The notes under the pieces: generated by a model | Database searches by the model: none | What the model was told of the DNA's origin: nothing | Seen by the model: only the letters and a program-made list of their open reading frames with translations | Shown here: positions 12,121-24,435 of the stretch, one piece after another | Layout: each line of letters starts with the position of its first letter | How positions within the stretch are numbered: the stretch's first letter is position 1 | Made by a program: the position numbers and the translations under genes | NCBI RefSeq assembly: GCF_947568905.1 | Contig: NC_079165.1 | Location: forward strand, 23,808,001-23,872,000 | Source: Ostrea edulis | Taxonomy: Eukaryota | Length of the DNA stretch: 64,000 nt | Reading direction: 5' to 3'

Positions 12121-15100
12121 CTGTGTATATACACAAAACTACACAACATTAGCTTCATCTTCTATCTTATATAGAATATGATTTCATTATGTTAAATTCA
12201 TGAACAGTACAAGGGGAATAACTTCTTCATGTATGCATGTTCTTTATTCAAATCACTCAGTTATTTCAATATTGTTGTGGAGCTGTACGTACTGTATAAA
12301 ACGTTTTTTTTTTTACATTGTATTTGGATGCATACAAATTTAATTCCCATCAGAGTACTACATGTAAAAGGCTTTTACAAACACTAGATTTACGACATAT
12401 ATATGTATAAGAAAACTAAAAATACTGCATGTAAAAGGCTTTTACAAACGATAGATTTACTACATATATATGACAATCAAATATCAAAATTTCATCATTA
12501 CAACAGTGGCTTTCATAACTGCCATAAAGCTATTTTTAACAAGTATGCAAGTAGATCAAACATTTAATTTTGATTAAATTGCAGTACCAGTACTTTTGAA
12601 AATATTACAAGGGAAATTTAAAGAAATCTTTTCAATCCTTCAAAAATTATTTACATCGATATATTCAAGGAATTTGCAATGCTAATTTCTCATCTTGTGG
12701 GTTTGTACATTATATAGGATTACTGCTTTTAGGAATTTATTTTTCAACATTAAAGTACATGTACACATAATACACCATCTTCACAAGTCAAGGGTTATTG
12801 TTTCGTTACCTCGGACTAACCCTTGATATCAGTCACCATTCAGTGGTGCAATACACTAAAATTAAATCAGCCAATGATATTCCTTGCTTCAGATGCAAAT
12901 TAAGAACAAAACCAGAAAGCAAAAGATGGTGTCTATTGACGAAAAGGTAAGTGAAAAGCACTTAAAACTTTGTCGAATTGTTTCTTCAAAGAAATAAAAT
13001 TTCCGAAAATCAGTCGACGGTATCTGTTTGCTGGTAACTGGCCACAAATTCTACACCATGTTGCCGTTGCAATGTGTGTTTAGTTTTGTTTTCGGCTGAT
13101 TTTAAAAGCTGTTTTTGATTGGCTAAGCACAACAGGCTACAACACCAATCACTTGTTCTGTCTCGAACCCATGTTTTGAATGGTGATTGATGTCAAGGAT
13201 TAGTGTGAGGTAACGATTCGATAACCCTTGACTTGTGAGATGACAATACACGAGTGTGCACTATACCAGCTGACACTTGCGGTAATTCTACTCCAACAAG
13301 TTTTTGCAAAATATTTAAATCTATTAATTTCTGAGCATATAGAAATATATCTATTGTAAGAATTTTATTTGCTGAAAATATTAAATGAAAAATGATGCTG
13401 AAAAAGTTTATATTTTCAACAAAAATCAATTGTCTAAATCTAAAAAATGTTGTCAAGGGTAATAACTCCTATGCTGGTACGATCTCTATGGTACGAGAAC
13501 TACATGTACAATGATTTCCCGGATTTTGATTTATATATGTATCTATAGAATAGTATACATCACAATGCTGTCATTTTAAACAGTTTTTATGTATTTTCTT
13601 TTATGCTGTTTAACAAAATTGTGCAGTTTTCTGATGTTGAAATATACACGTACTACTGTTTTAACATGCATGTCTGCCACTTTTAAAAGGGTGGCAACAT
13701 GTTCATTTTTATAATTTATGACTTGAATCAATCTATATTCATTGGAAATTAATACAGTTTTTCCACATTGAGTCACATGAGAATGGAGTTACCTTCATGG
13801 TAGTAATGTTTTTTAAACCATATATTATATACACAAATAACAAAGACTTTTAATCTCATTCTTTAAGTATACAACATATCTAAACTTTGATAAATAAATG
13901 ACCATGGTATCCATCTTATGAACTTAAAACCACTTCAGATCTTCCCACCCCACTTATCATTCTGAACTTGAGGGAGGAGATGTCCGGTAAGAATTATATC
14001 ACTACCTTATCTTTCCAGTTTTTCAGGATTTTTTCCCGGAGTTCTGTTTCATGATGAAGGAGTTCCTCCTTCCTTCGTTTTTTGGCCTCCACTTTCTTCC
14101 TCTTAATTTCCTCCGCGAGTTTCGTCTCTTCCTCCACTTGTCTTCGTCGATCCTCCTCCAGTTCTATCTCACGCTGAGCTAAGTCCTTGGATACTTTTGC
14201 AGCCTGTGAATATCAAGTCAAATTATGGATGTCTATCTTTTTTTTTTTAAACTGTCAGAAATAATTTCATTGACATATTTCAGGTATTCAGTGATAATGC
14301 CAGTTACATGTATGAATCTAATATTTTGTATCAAAACATGTCTACATACATGTAGGTGAAATAAAAACTAGATGTTCCTATGTATTATGGGACAATTACC
14401 ACTCTTTCCCCAGTGACCTTCACCAAGGTCATAGTAAACTCTTTCTGGTCATAAGCAACCTTTGTAAAGTATAAATTTCTGACGTGTGTAAATTACAAAA
14501 TAACAGCCAAAGTCTGCTGGAACGGCAGGCTGTCCGACAGCACGATTCCTATGTATGTGTATTTATCTGACTTCAGGCTCCAGGGCCATGAAAACCTAGA
14601 TGAGCTCACTTGCGATCTAAATCTCATTTTCTCATTATATGGTCCTTCTATAAAAATAAGACTTTAATAGATCAATCAAAAGTGAGCTCATTTAAGTTTT
14701 AACTGGAGTGGAGTGAGATATCTGATAATTAGGACAGGCTGACAGACAGCATGATTTCTATATATCTATCTGACTTCATTTGTGTGGCTTACAACCAACA
14801 ACTAAATCGCACAATTTTGAAAAGGCAATGATGCTGGATTTACCCATTGTCTGCATCTTCTTTGACTAATAAAGCAATATACAGACACTCAACAGAGAAT
14901 ATTTACAAAATATCCATGTTACTTTCAAAATATCTTCTACTGGTGGAATTTTCTTCTATAATGCCAGACAAAAATGGGGAAAATGCAACTACTTAGGTTA
15001 GCAGTGTGGCCCATGGGCCTCTTGATTATAACCCTACAGGACCGTCATCCCCTCAAAGTTAGACCGAATATCGGACCCATTCCCAATCACAAAAAGTAAC

Positions 15101-18100
15101 CCATTTTCTAAATATTATGAGCAAACTATAAATTGAAAATATATTGTAAAAAGTAAACTGGCAGGCCGGTGAACAATTGATAAATAGTGTCAAGTCTGAA
15201 TAAATGTAAATGTTTAACTGATTATTTTATCATTCTTATGTTTTAAACTTTATTTGGATGGAAAAGACAGTCACACTCAATTTTCCAAATTTATCAAAAA
15301 CCGATGATTTTCCCAATCAAAGGGGACCCGGTCCCTGTACTAAACAGTGCTGTGACAACCCTGTGGCCTATCAATCCATAAGATCTAACTTTACAAGTAC
15401 ATCTAGTTAATGACCTTTATTCTGTTAAACAGTTCTCCTAACAGACGGATGGATTCCAGTTTCCTCTGAGCTAATAGGAATCTTCTTTCCTCCGTCTGAA
15501 TCTTCACTTGGTATTTCCTCTCATCCTCCAGTCTTTTCCTCTCCTGTGCCCTTTGTCTCCTCTTTTCCTCCCTCTCCCTTCGTCTGTTCTCTCTTTTCTC
15601 TATTTTTTCTAATCGTTTCCGTTCTCTTTCCTTTTCTTCCTCTTCTCTCATCCTCCTTCAAATACAAAATTCTTATAAGTTAATTTTAAATTATCATTTT
15701 TTTTTTATTTTACATAAAAAATAAATGTAATTTGACATGCTCACGTAATACTCTATTTATTAATTGCTATTCCTGGTTCAATCTAAGAAAAACTGTGATA
15801 ACTATGGTAACTGGGCTGTGAATGAGTGCCGGTACATGCTAGAATGACAATTCTGTTTTTAAAAATGTCGTCTTTTTAAATATGTGTGACAATACAGTAT
15901 GTCAAGACAGTATGACTCTACATGATTTTGTACATACCAGTAAAACAAGACGTGTTTGTGAAACATTGATGCCCCTGTACGGCCAAACTCCAAGGTCAAG
16001 GTGTCAAAAATTTTGGTAACATTCGAAATAGGTCTTGTCACAAGGAATACACTTGTGAAATATGAAAGACCTACCACCATCCATTCAAGCGTTATGGCCA
16101 AGATTAAAGTTTTGTGGACAACAGAGAGACAGACCAAAAATTATGTGCCCCTGAACCTCCAATTATGGGTTCATAAAAATGATTAATATGTCCGTTTACA
16201 TGTATGAACAATCAGAAAGAGCAAAGACATTTTTCATAATCCTGATGATCCGCGAACCTATTTATATACATTAGCGACCAGATCAAAACTAGCACTGAAG
16301 CCAATTCACAGTTCGAGCCCGCTAAATCTGAGTCAGGTCAGTGTTAGAACAGATCCCTGGTTTGGAGTCAGATTTGTCAAGCGTTTGTAGCGTCTGATGG
16401 GTTCGCTTTTAGCCCCCCCCCCCCCCCCCCATATATTCCAAATAATATTATATTAATTTCCATCGCAAAATTTTCTCCATACATTTGGCAATAATTTTCG
16501 TTTTGAATTGAAAATAATGATAAAAACGACAAACTTTGCTTTAGACTATTACATAGGATTAAATCTGCTGGATTTGCTTTATGAATTCACTTCAAATTTT
16601 GTGTTTGCTCTCTGATTCCTCTTTGTGGATCAGCGTTGCCAAGTTCTGAGTTCACTAAGGCTGACCAAAAGAAAACCCAGAAAATGGACTCAGGGTTTAC
16701 TTTTCAAAGCCTTTGAGCCAGCTTTCTGTAACCATGGGTCACTTTGGTATTGTACATACACGAGACTGAATATTACGAAATATACGTACTTTTCGTCTTC
16801 TATTCTTTGTTCTTCCTCCTCTCTTTCCTTTCGAACTTTCTCTTCCCTCTCCCTCTCTAACTGTTCTAGTTTTTCACGTTCTATCCGTCGTTTCTTAATA
16901 GATTTGTCAGATAAATGCTTTGTTCGGTCAAAGTCCACCTGGGAAAATTATTAGAATAATATTAATAAGTACATGTGACATTAAAGATTTTCAAATCACC
17001 TAACAGTACAGATGTTGCAAGAAAATACTAATTTCAAATACTATTTAAAAGATGAACTCCACAAAGCTCAAGCTTGGTTGTGGATGACATAAGCAGGAAA
17101 AGTAAAACAGATTGCTTACCTTGATATTAGAAGTATAAGCTTTCTTTTCTTCATCCATCATATACATTAGTTTCATTCCTCGAAGAGAGTCCATGGCCTT
17201 CACAAAACTTATATACTCTTTATACTGTATATACACATCAAAAGTAATGCCTGTGTTAAAATTGAAAGTCTGCAAACCGCTGGATTTCACTGCAGTCATC
17301 TCCTTCCTATAGGGATCCAACATGGGTATATCCATACACCGTACCTCACCGAAACTTTCAAACACCCTTTTTATCACCTGTTCGTTGGGTCTGTCCTTAA
17401 GTCGGTTGGTGAACCATTTTGTTGGCAAGTCTTTCACATGAATTGTATCGGGTCTCTCGCCTGCCTTCATTTCATTCATGTTTTTGGCATCTCTGAAAAA
17501 GGAGTCCCAGTCATGCTGAGAAGGATGACTGACCTTGGCCTCTGCTGCCTTGACCTTTAACACCTCTGAGTAGCCACTGAGTTTTATTGTCTTGGAGTCC
17601 AAACACTGAACGATAGCCTTGATTTCTTGCTTTGTCTCAGCTTCTCCCTCCATCCTCATGAATTCCATTGTACTTTTGATAATTTTCAAGGAAACCAATG
17701 TATGTGGTTTGGCCATGTGCCTGATCTTTTCCATCACTTCCCAGTTGGATATGGACTTCCCTGAAATTAATATCATTTTTATTGAATAAAAGGGGTCAAT
17801 TAATGTTACATGTTTCACTGAATAAATTGGGTCTATTAATATTACACATTTCATTATATGGATGGAGGTCTATTTCAGTAAATAAAATCCAGGTCAATGT
17901 TACATCTTTCACACAATAAAGTGGGGTGTATTAATTTTACGCATTTCAATGAATAAATTGGGACGTATTAATTTTACACATTTCACAGAGTAGATTTTAC
18001 ACATGTCACTGAATAAAGTAGGGACTGGGTGATTTAATTTTTACACATTTCACACAATAAAGTGGGGTGTATTAATTTTACACATTCCACAGAATAAAGT

Positions 18101-19172
18101 GGGTTTTATCAATTTTACACATTTCACTGAATAAAATGGGGTGTATTAATTTTACACATTCCACTGAATAAAGTGGGTTTTATCAATTTTACACATTTCA
18201 CTGAATAAAGTGGGTTGTATCAATTTTACACATTTCACTGAATAAAGTGGGGTGTATCAATTTTACACATTTCACTGAATAAAGTGGGTTTTATCAATTT
18301 TACACATTTCACTGAATAAAGTGGGTTTTATCAATTTTACACATTTCACTGAATAAAATGGGGTGTATTAATTTTACACATTCCACTGAATAAAGTGGGT
18401 TTTATCAATTTTACACATTCCACTGAATAAAGTGGGTTGTATCAATTTTACACATTTCACTGAATAAAGTGGGGTGTATCAATTTTACACATTTCATTAC
18501 ATTAAGTGAACCAGCTAGAACATTCCTCATATTGAAAAACATGCACAACCAATACAAATTATTCAGTAATACAGTACTTAGTTATCAAAAAAGGGATTAA
18601 TACCAAGAATGACCTAAGGGAAGCAAAATTTATTTTCACTTTTCAAAAAATTTACTTAGCATAAGAAATATACAGTGGGTTCCACTTATAATAATCTAAT
18701 ATCACATATTTGTACATGTATATATTTAGGTCAATCTAATCTAACATCGATGCACCAAACCATTTTTTATATATTCCTTTATATTTTTTCTGTATTACGA
18801 ACTTATTGGATATAACGAATTGTGTTTATAATTAATAAAAAATATTCATCCCCAACACTTTGCTATAAGAGTGTTTACTAAAATAATCTGACATTCTTTA
18901 TATACTCTGCCAAAACAGTAGTCAGGGTTTTGACAAAAAGTCATTAGTGTACTCTCCTTTGGGTCATACAGTGACATGCACTGTGTTAAAACTCTAAGTA
19001 CTTCTTGATAAAATGAACTATCTTGTTTTTACACAGAATACTTACCCATCTCTTTAAGCTTTGGCAGTTGTACACATACTGTCAATTTGGCAATGGGCTT
19101 CAAATACAGGCTCTGAGCTTTGTACAGTTCCAAAGCTTCCGACGTATCACTGCATAAAGTTGTCCCAGCCAT
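11701..19172 (-). CDS. AKAP17A: A-kinase anchor protein 17A / splicing factor SFRS17A (XE7) orthologue, about 590 aa, 6 coding exons
   Basis: join(19172-19046, 17760-17120, 16938-16790, 15655-15415, 14203-14006, 12120-11701). All introns are GT-AG and phases are consistent (1,0,2,0,0). N-terminus MAGTTLCSDTSEALELYKAQSLYLKPIAKLTVCVQLPKLKEMGKSISNWEVMEK matches the AKAP17A N-terminus. An RRM-like segment PDTIHVKDLPTKWF..FESFGEVRCMDIPMLDPYR and a long E/R/K coiled coil follow. Confidence 0.93.
12776..13242. mobile_element. MULE-type MITE in AKAP17A intron 5
   Basis: About 65-bp TIR (catc.tcacaagtcaagggttat...tcaccattca) and a 9-bp TSD with one mismatch: ATAATACAC / ACAATACAC. Confidence 0.75.
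14006..14203 (-). CDS. AKAP17A: AKAP17A coding exon 5
   Basis: AAKVSKDLAQREIELEEDRRRQVEEE...LREKILKNWKDK; 198 nt, acceptor cacAG, donor AAG|GTAGT. Not in the ORF track. Confidence 0.85.
15415..15655 (-). CDS. AKAP17A: AKAP17A coding exon 4
   Basis: Charged coiled coil ending ...KLESIRLLGELFNRIK; donor AAG|GTCA. Confidence 0.88.
15830..16190. mobile_element. Helentron-like relic in AKAP17A intron 3
   Basis: caaggtcaaggt..aaaattttggt, acagagagacagac microsatellite and terminal tatgtgcccc...cataaaaa. Similar relics at about 1340-1540, 6180-6480, 9080-9540, 14365-14520, 14800-15025, 26200-26560, 29200-29720 and 34545-35415. Confidence 0.45.
16790..16938 (-). CDS. AKAP17A: AKAP17A coding exon 3
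   Basis: VDFDRTKHLSDKSIKKRRIERE...; acceptor cccAG, donor AA|GTACGT. Confidence 0.88.
17120..17760 (-). CDS. AKAP17A: AKAP17A coding exon 2 (RRM-containing)
   Basis: Acceptor tttcAG at 17762-17761, donor AAG|GTAAGC; lies within ORF 17045-17854. Confidence 0.93.
17780..18500. repeat. 37-bp minisatellite, about 19 copies, in AKAP17A intron 1 abutting the exon-2 acceptor
   Basis: Unit like TTTTACACATTTCACTGAATAAAGTGGGTTTTATCAA. Confidence 0.95.
19046..19172 (-). CDS. AKAP17A: AKAP17A coding exon 1
   Basis: ATG at 19172, donor G|GTAAG at 19045; 42 codons + 1 nt. An upstream acceptor near 19224 implies a non-coding first exon. Confidence 0.9.
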
Positions 19173-19794
19173 TTCTTATTAATCTGTCTGAATTTTAACA
19201 GTTTGATAATTAGGCCTAAGTATCTAAATTGAAGAATAAAAAGAAACAACAACGCAATGCCAATGTAATATTATACATGTAAATAGAGTAGATGTGTCTA
19301 TTATCGGATGTTCGGGGATCTTCGGACAGTTTCTATTATTGCTTATAGTTTTTATGAATAAAATATTATCACTTCCGAAAAAAAATTTCTTGTTTCACTT
19401 TGCTACGTTCGTATTACTCTATCCTTACTGTTATCGGTTATTATTATGAATATTTACAGTATTTATATAGCACATTATATAATATTAAAAAAATTACTCT
19501 AAGCACTTTACATTAAAACAACAATAAACTACAATTAAAAATTGAACATATCTAAAACAGTGTAAAAAAAAAACAAAAAACAGTAATTATAATATTCGTT
19601 TCATTAAAAGAATATGAATTGAAGAATAAAAATTATTATTAAATTATTATTAAAAATTATTCTTTGTTTCAATCATCGTGATTGATTGAGATTCACACAT
19701 GTGGCTTTCCTACTTTCTTCTTTGATTACTTGATGAAAACAGGAAATCTTCGACGAATTCATGACGCAAGTTGATCTACCTTTTCTAGCACGTA

Positions 19795-19963
19795 AATGGA
19801 ATCACCCGAATCAAAAGATAACAGATATATGAATTAAATCAGTCATATTAATGGAATCACCCGAATCAAAAGATAACAGATATATGAATTAAATCAGTCA
19901 TATTAATGGAATCACCCGAATCAAAAGATAACAGATATATGAATTAAATCAGTCATATTAATG
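19795..19963. repeat. Perfect 55-bp triplication upstream of AKAP17A
   Basis: aatggaatcacccgaatcaaaagataacagatatatgaattaaatcagtcatatt x3. Confidence 0.95.
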
Positions 19964-20770
19964 TAAAAATGTGTTGATAAATGTGATTTTGTAAGAAAAT
20001 TATATTTAAATTTAAAGAAAAGTAATGTCTGGTAAACCCCGACCTATAATTTATATATATGTTATTAGAGGTCAGGTTATTCCGGACGGTTTATATTTAT
20101 GAATTTATTTGAGGGCTGGTCGGTATTTTATCCTCATTTTTGTGTTTATTGTTATTATTATTACTTTGTAGATTGATATTTCATTTGAATTTGTTAATAA
20201 ATAGATCTATACAACGTATATATTCATTGATCTGTAATAGATGTATATCAGATCTATACATACGGTAGTAAAAAAAGAAATTGGGGGGGGGGGGGGGGGG
20301 GGACTCGGATGATTCTATTTGATCAACAGGGTGTAGGGGGTGAAAATGTTTCTAATAGCATTGTATCATTTCAGGACATTTTAAAATTAACTCATTTTAA
20401 TTTTAAAAACTATTTTTAAGCAATACTCGATGCCCAAATGTCATGTCCGAAATATGCCGAATCTGGAGGACGATATAACCCGCGCTCTGTCCGATACATG
20501 CCGATGTCAGTTATTGCAGTTTGATCTCCTTTGTATACGATAAGAGTGGTTAAATTACGAGGTGTAATGAAAGAAATAAAACAAGAAAGCACAACTGTGC
20601 CTAGTAAGTAGTTGATGGAAGCCGTGAGTTATCGAGTGACTGTAAATGACGAAAATCGTCTAGGGGTGTCCAATAATAGACGCACCTACTCTATTTCAAA
20701 ATTGAGCTGCTAGGCTAGATATCTAGGTCTACTGAACGCACTGTATGACTAGCCTTTAGATGTTCGTTAA

Positions 20771-22686
20771 AGGGAACGTAGGGTCAAAAATAAAATTTTG
20801 ATATGTGAAAACTGGTACCATGCAGACAACAAAATCTAGCATAGAAAAAATAATTGCTGCTGATAACAAGATTTAATCTGTCATTTACACTGAAAACTGA
20901 GCTGAATGGGAGAATCTCTTATCATGGCGGCTGATGACGTGTATGCGGCAATTCATTACAACTGATGTGCCTATAGCACTAAATGGGTTACAGAGTATCT
21001 ATAATCTAAATATCGGGAGTTCAAGCGAAATTTTGCACTGTGGTCAAAGAAAAAGGAATACATGTATCTACCTTTTAGCATCCCTGATCTCCCCCCAAAA
21101 CTATGAACATTGTGCAATAATTGGATACATATATATAACCTTGGAAGTGAATCTTTTGTTTTTGAACGGCATTTTGAGAAAGAGTCTTTTAAAGAGGATA
21201 TCAGGGTAAGTACCGGTTATATTTGCTTTTTACTCAGTAAATACTAATAATTCTTAATGTGTATAACCAGAGTTTATTTACAACTAACTTTTACTTAATA
21301 TATAATAATTTTCTAATTTAATCTATCCTTATCCAATGAACATTTTGTACAGGCTAAATATGAAGGAATGGGTAAACACTGCTTTTTAAATATTCAAAGT
21401 TAAATTAATATCTATTTAAGTTAAGATATTGGGATACACACCAAAACCTATTAAAAAGAAGATGCAGTAACTAAAATATTTGATGACAGTAAGCCTAAGA
21501 AATAAGAGAAAATAGCTCAAAAAGATGAGGAAAAGCAGGATACATGTAATACTTTCAAAAATCATCACATCACTAGCACATTTTGTATTATACTATTGTT
21601 TTTAAAGAAATTGAAAATGTACAAGTAAACAAATGAAGTATAGTATATATGAAGTATAGTATATATGAAGTAAGTATATATAATTAATTAGTCATTATTT
21701 TTCAGCTAATCCATTTTCTTTTGGAAACCAATGAAAACTCATATGCAGAACCTATTGACCAACCTGGACTATCAGCATCTAAGGAAACAGGTAATTTGAT
21801 GCACTTCTCTATTAAATGATTAACAAAGTTTTACAACCAAGGTCATTTGAATTCCCCCTTTGCAGTTAATCTTTCAATTCTTGACATTTATGTGGTAATT
21901 ACTGCAGGGGTGTAGTGATAATCAACTGATTTGTGCTGTATACAGGTTCACATTGTTAGATTCTCTTGTAAACAGATGTACTAATAAATCAGAAAGAGAG
22001 AAAACTACTATGAAAAATAAACTCTTTGTTGTGTGAAATACATGTACATGTACATGCACTTTCATGAAAATTCATTACTAAAGTTATAAAGTAATGGTTT
22101 GATTTCATTTTTATATTTTCAGCTCAATGAAGACATGAATAGTGACAAAAATATCCCACTCTCAATCCATATTGAAGAATAAATCAACTTTGTGCAACAT
22201 AAACAGATAGAATTGCCCAGTCATTGTCCATCATATGTGCTAAGGAATGTTCAAGTGAAGAATGAAGAAGTGAAGATAATGAACAATCCTGTATAAAGAA
22301 TACAAAATTAAAAGTTTAAGAATTAAGAGTGTCGTTTTCATCAATTTATCCCAATGCATTAGTGTTTTCATTTGAAGCTGCTAATAATTCCTCTTCATTA
22401 TAATCAGGCTCATATTGATATCCTTTGCAGTCAGACATGATCAGATGCTTTCACTGAGAGGCAATTGCCCGGTATACGTCATAAACAGATGGGATTGTGG
22501 GAAATATCTTAAAGAGCGATAACTTTATCTTGCAAAATGGCAGCCTCCAGCAGATGATGTGTAGCTATATTTAATAGCCGATTTCTACACAACAGATTAC
22601 AATCAAATGGAAATAACCAGTGGACTTAATTACTAAATATTTAGTATTTGAAATGTGAAATTATTTTTTTATACCCTACGTTCCCT
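20771..22686 (+). mobile_element. Kolobok-type TIR DNA transposon (1916 bp), non-autonomous or decayed
   Basis: Perfect 14-bp TIR AGGGAACGTAGGGT / ACCCTACGTTCCCT flanked by TTAA at 20767-20770 and 22687-22690. A TTAA TSD with purine-starting termini fits Kolobok rather than piggyBac (CC termini). Confidence 0.8.
20924..22300 (+). pseudogene. Degenerate spliced THAP-like gene inside the Kolobok-type element
   Basis: Clean splice signals: donor AGG|GTAAGT at 21206, exon 21706-21790, acceptor at 22121-22122. Fragments YAAIHYN and SFVFERHFEKESFKEDIR resemble a decayed THAP N-terminus (CxAxxC) and C-x-x-HF motif. Frames contain stops. Confidence 0.42.
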
Positions 22687-22811
22687 TTAAATTTTATAGC
22701 ACTATCCAGCACTACGTAGCCAGATCGCTACTATGTACTAATTTCTGTGGAAACGAGGGGGTTATTTATATCCGGTCTTTCCTATCCCCACAGAAATAAG
22801 GTCGCTACGAT

Positions 22812-24435
22812 CCGGTACATAGAATCACCGAAATTACCGCTAATCACCGAAATTACCAAAGAAATGACCGAAATTACCAATAAAGCTAGGGCCGAAATTA
22901 CCTCAATGTATGTTCAACTAGATACTATCTAGTCACACATCAAATTTCATGACGATTGATAACGGTTTAAAGGAATTGTGGCCATTAAACTGCTTAATGT
23001 AAGCGTAAATTTTATATGAGTTATTTCCCTTTACATACCTCGCGTACACAAACATGAAACAATTTATTTCACGCGCGGTCGTTAGAATGCAATGCACTGA
23101 TATTGTGTTGAATTTGGAATACATTGCCTACCGTATATAGTCGCCTATAAGTCGGTCCGCCTATAAGTCGGTTGTATTTTTGAAGGTTATTTTGTAGGAA
23201 TTTGCCATTGACCCGATTGTAAGTAGGTACAAATTTTTGTCAGAATCAGTTGACAATTTCAAGTCAATGCTCTAGGGTTTTTACCTATGTTTCAAAAAAT
23301 ATTTTGAGAAATTAATAATTATGAGGTGATCAATATCAAGCCATATCTGTTTGGGGTTTAAACGCAACCCTTGATCTACTATTGGCAATGATCACTTGTT
23401 TACCGAAGTAATTACGGTTTCCTAATTACCAGTACCTGACACCATCTTTACTTAGTGGCATGCGCCTCACTAAAACTGTTATTGTGGGATCCTGGTATAA
23501 TTTCTTGTGTCAACAATCGAGTTTTTATGAGTCAAGAATGATGATCTAAATTATCTGTTAACAATATTCAATCTTTTATGAAATATATTTCAGCCGGTAT
23601 ACATATGAATACTTCAATATTACATCGGGTTCGCAATTCAATTTAACCGATAAACAATAAATTAATTAAATTGAATGAAAGAATTAGTTACCGGTGGTAT
23701 GTAAATAAATTGTAAAATAAATAATATACACTTAACTAGATAAAATTATGAAAATATGTAAATACTTGTACTGTATATATAATTTTAAAATACATAAACA
23801 ATACTATGTGTCTAGATATTTGTGAACAATAATCATTTGTGTGGTAGTCCATGATAATCATCGGAGTTGTTTAAAAAACACTACATTACGCCGCCCAGAA
23901 AAATACCAATCTTCTTAGGTCTTCTATAAGTCGGACATAGAGTTTTGGACCAAAAATTGACTCCCAAAAATCCGACTTATAGGCGAGTATATACAGTACT
24001 TTATTAAGTTTTAAATATCAACAAATATATATCGTCGATTTTTTCTTATAAGATCTGCACTTTGCATATCAGATATTGATATATACACCACGTGCCTTAT
24101 GTTTTATATATCGTATTGATTTATACAATAAAGTGTGATAAATACAATGAAATATTTGTCCTGATTTATGTATAGTTATTGCCATTTGGAACTTACTGGC
24201 TAGGCCCCTATTTATAGTTAGCTTTACTGTGTACGAGAGTTCAGTAATGAAAAGTAACTCAGATTCACACTTCTCAATAATTGGTTTTATGGAAACAATT
24301 CCTTCAAATCGTTACCAATCTTCAACTGTAACTAGATGGTATATAGATGAACATATACTGAGGTAATTTCGGTCCCATTACGAGTAATTTCGGTCATTTT
24401 TTTTATTGGTAATTTCGGTGATTCTATGCACCCCT
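22812..24435. mobile_element. TIR element with about 110-bp imperfect TIRs built from GAAATTACC subrepeats
   Basis: gtacatagaatcaccgaaattacc...gaaattacctcaatgtatgttc (about 22812-22930) is inverted at about 24330-24435. Flanked by a 6-bp direct repeat TACGAT. A related fragment lies at about 41520-41620. Confidence 0.7.
23131..23996. mobile_element. Tc1/mariner-pogo type MITE nested in the previous element
   Basis: TIR C(C/T)GTATATA(G/C)TCGCCTATAAGTCGG with TA on both sides. Confidence 0.85.
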
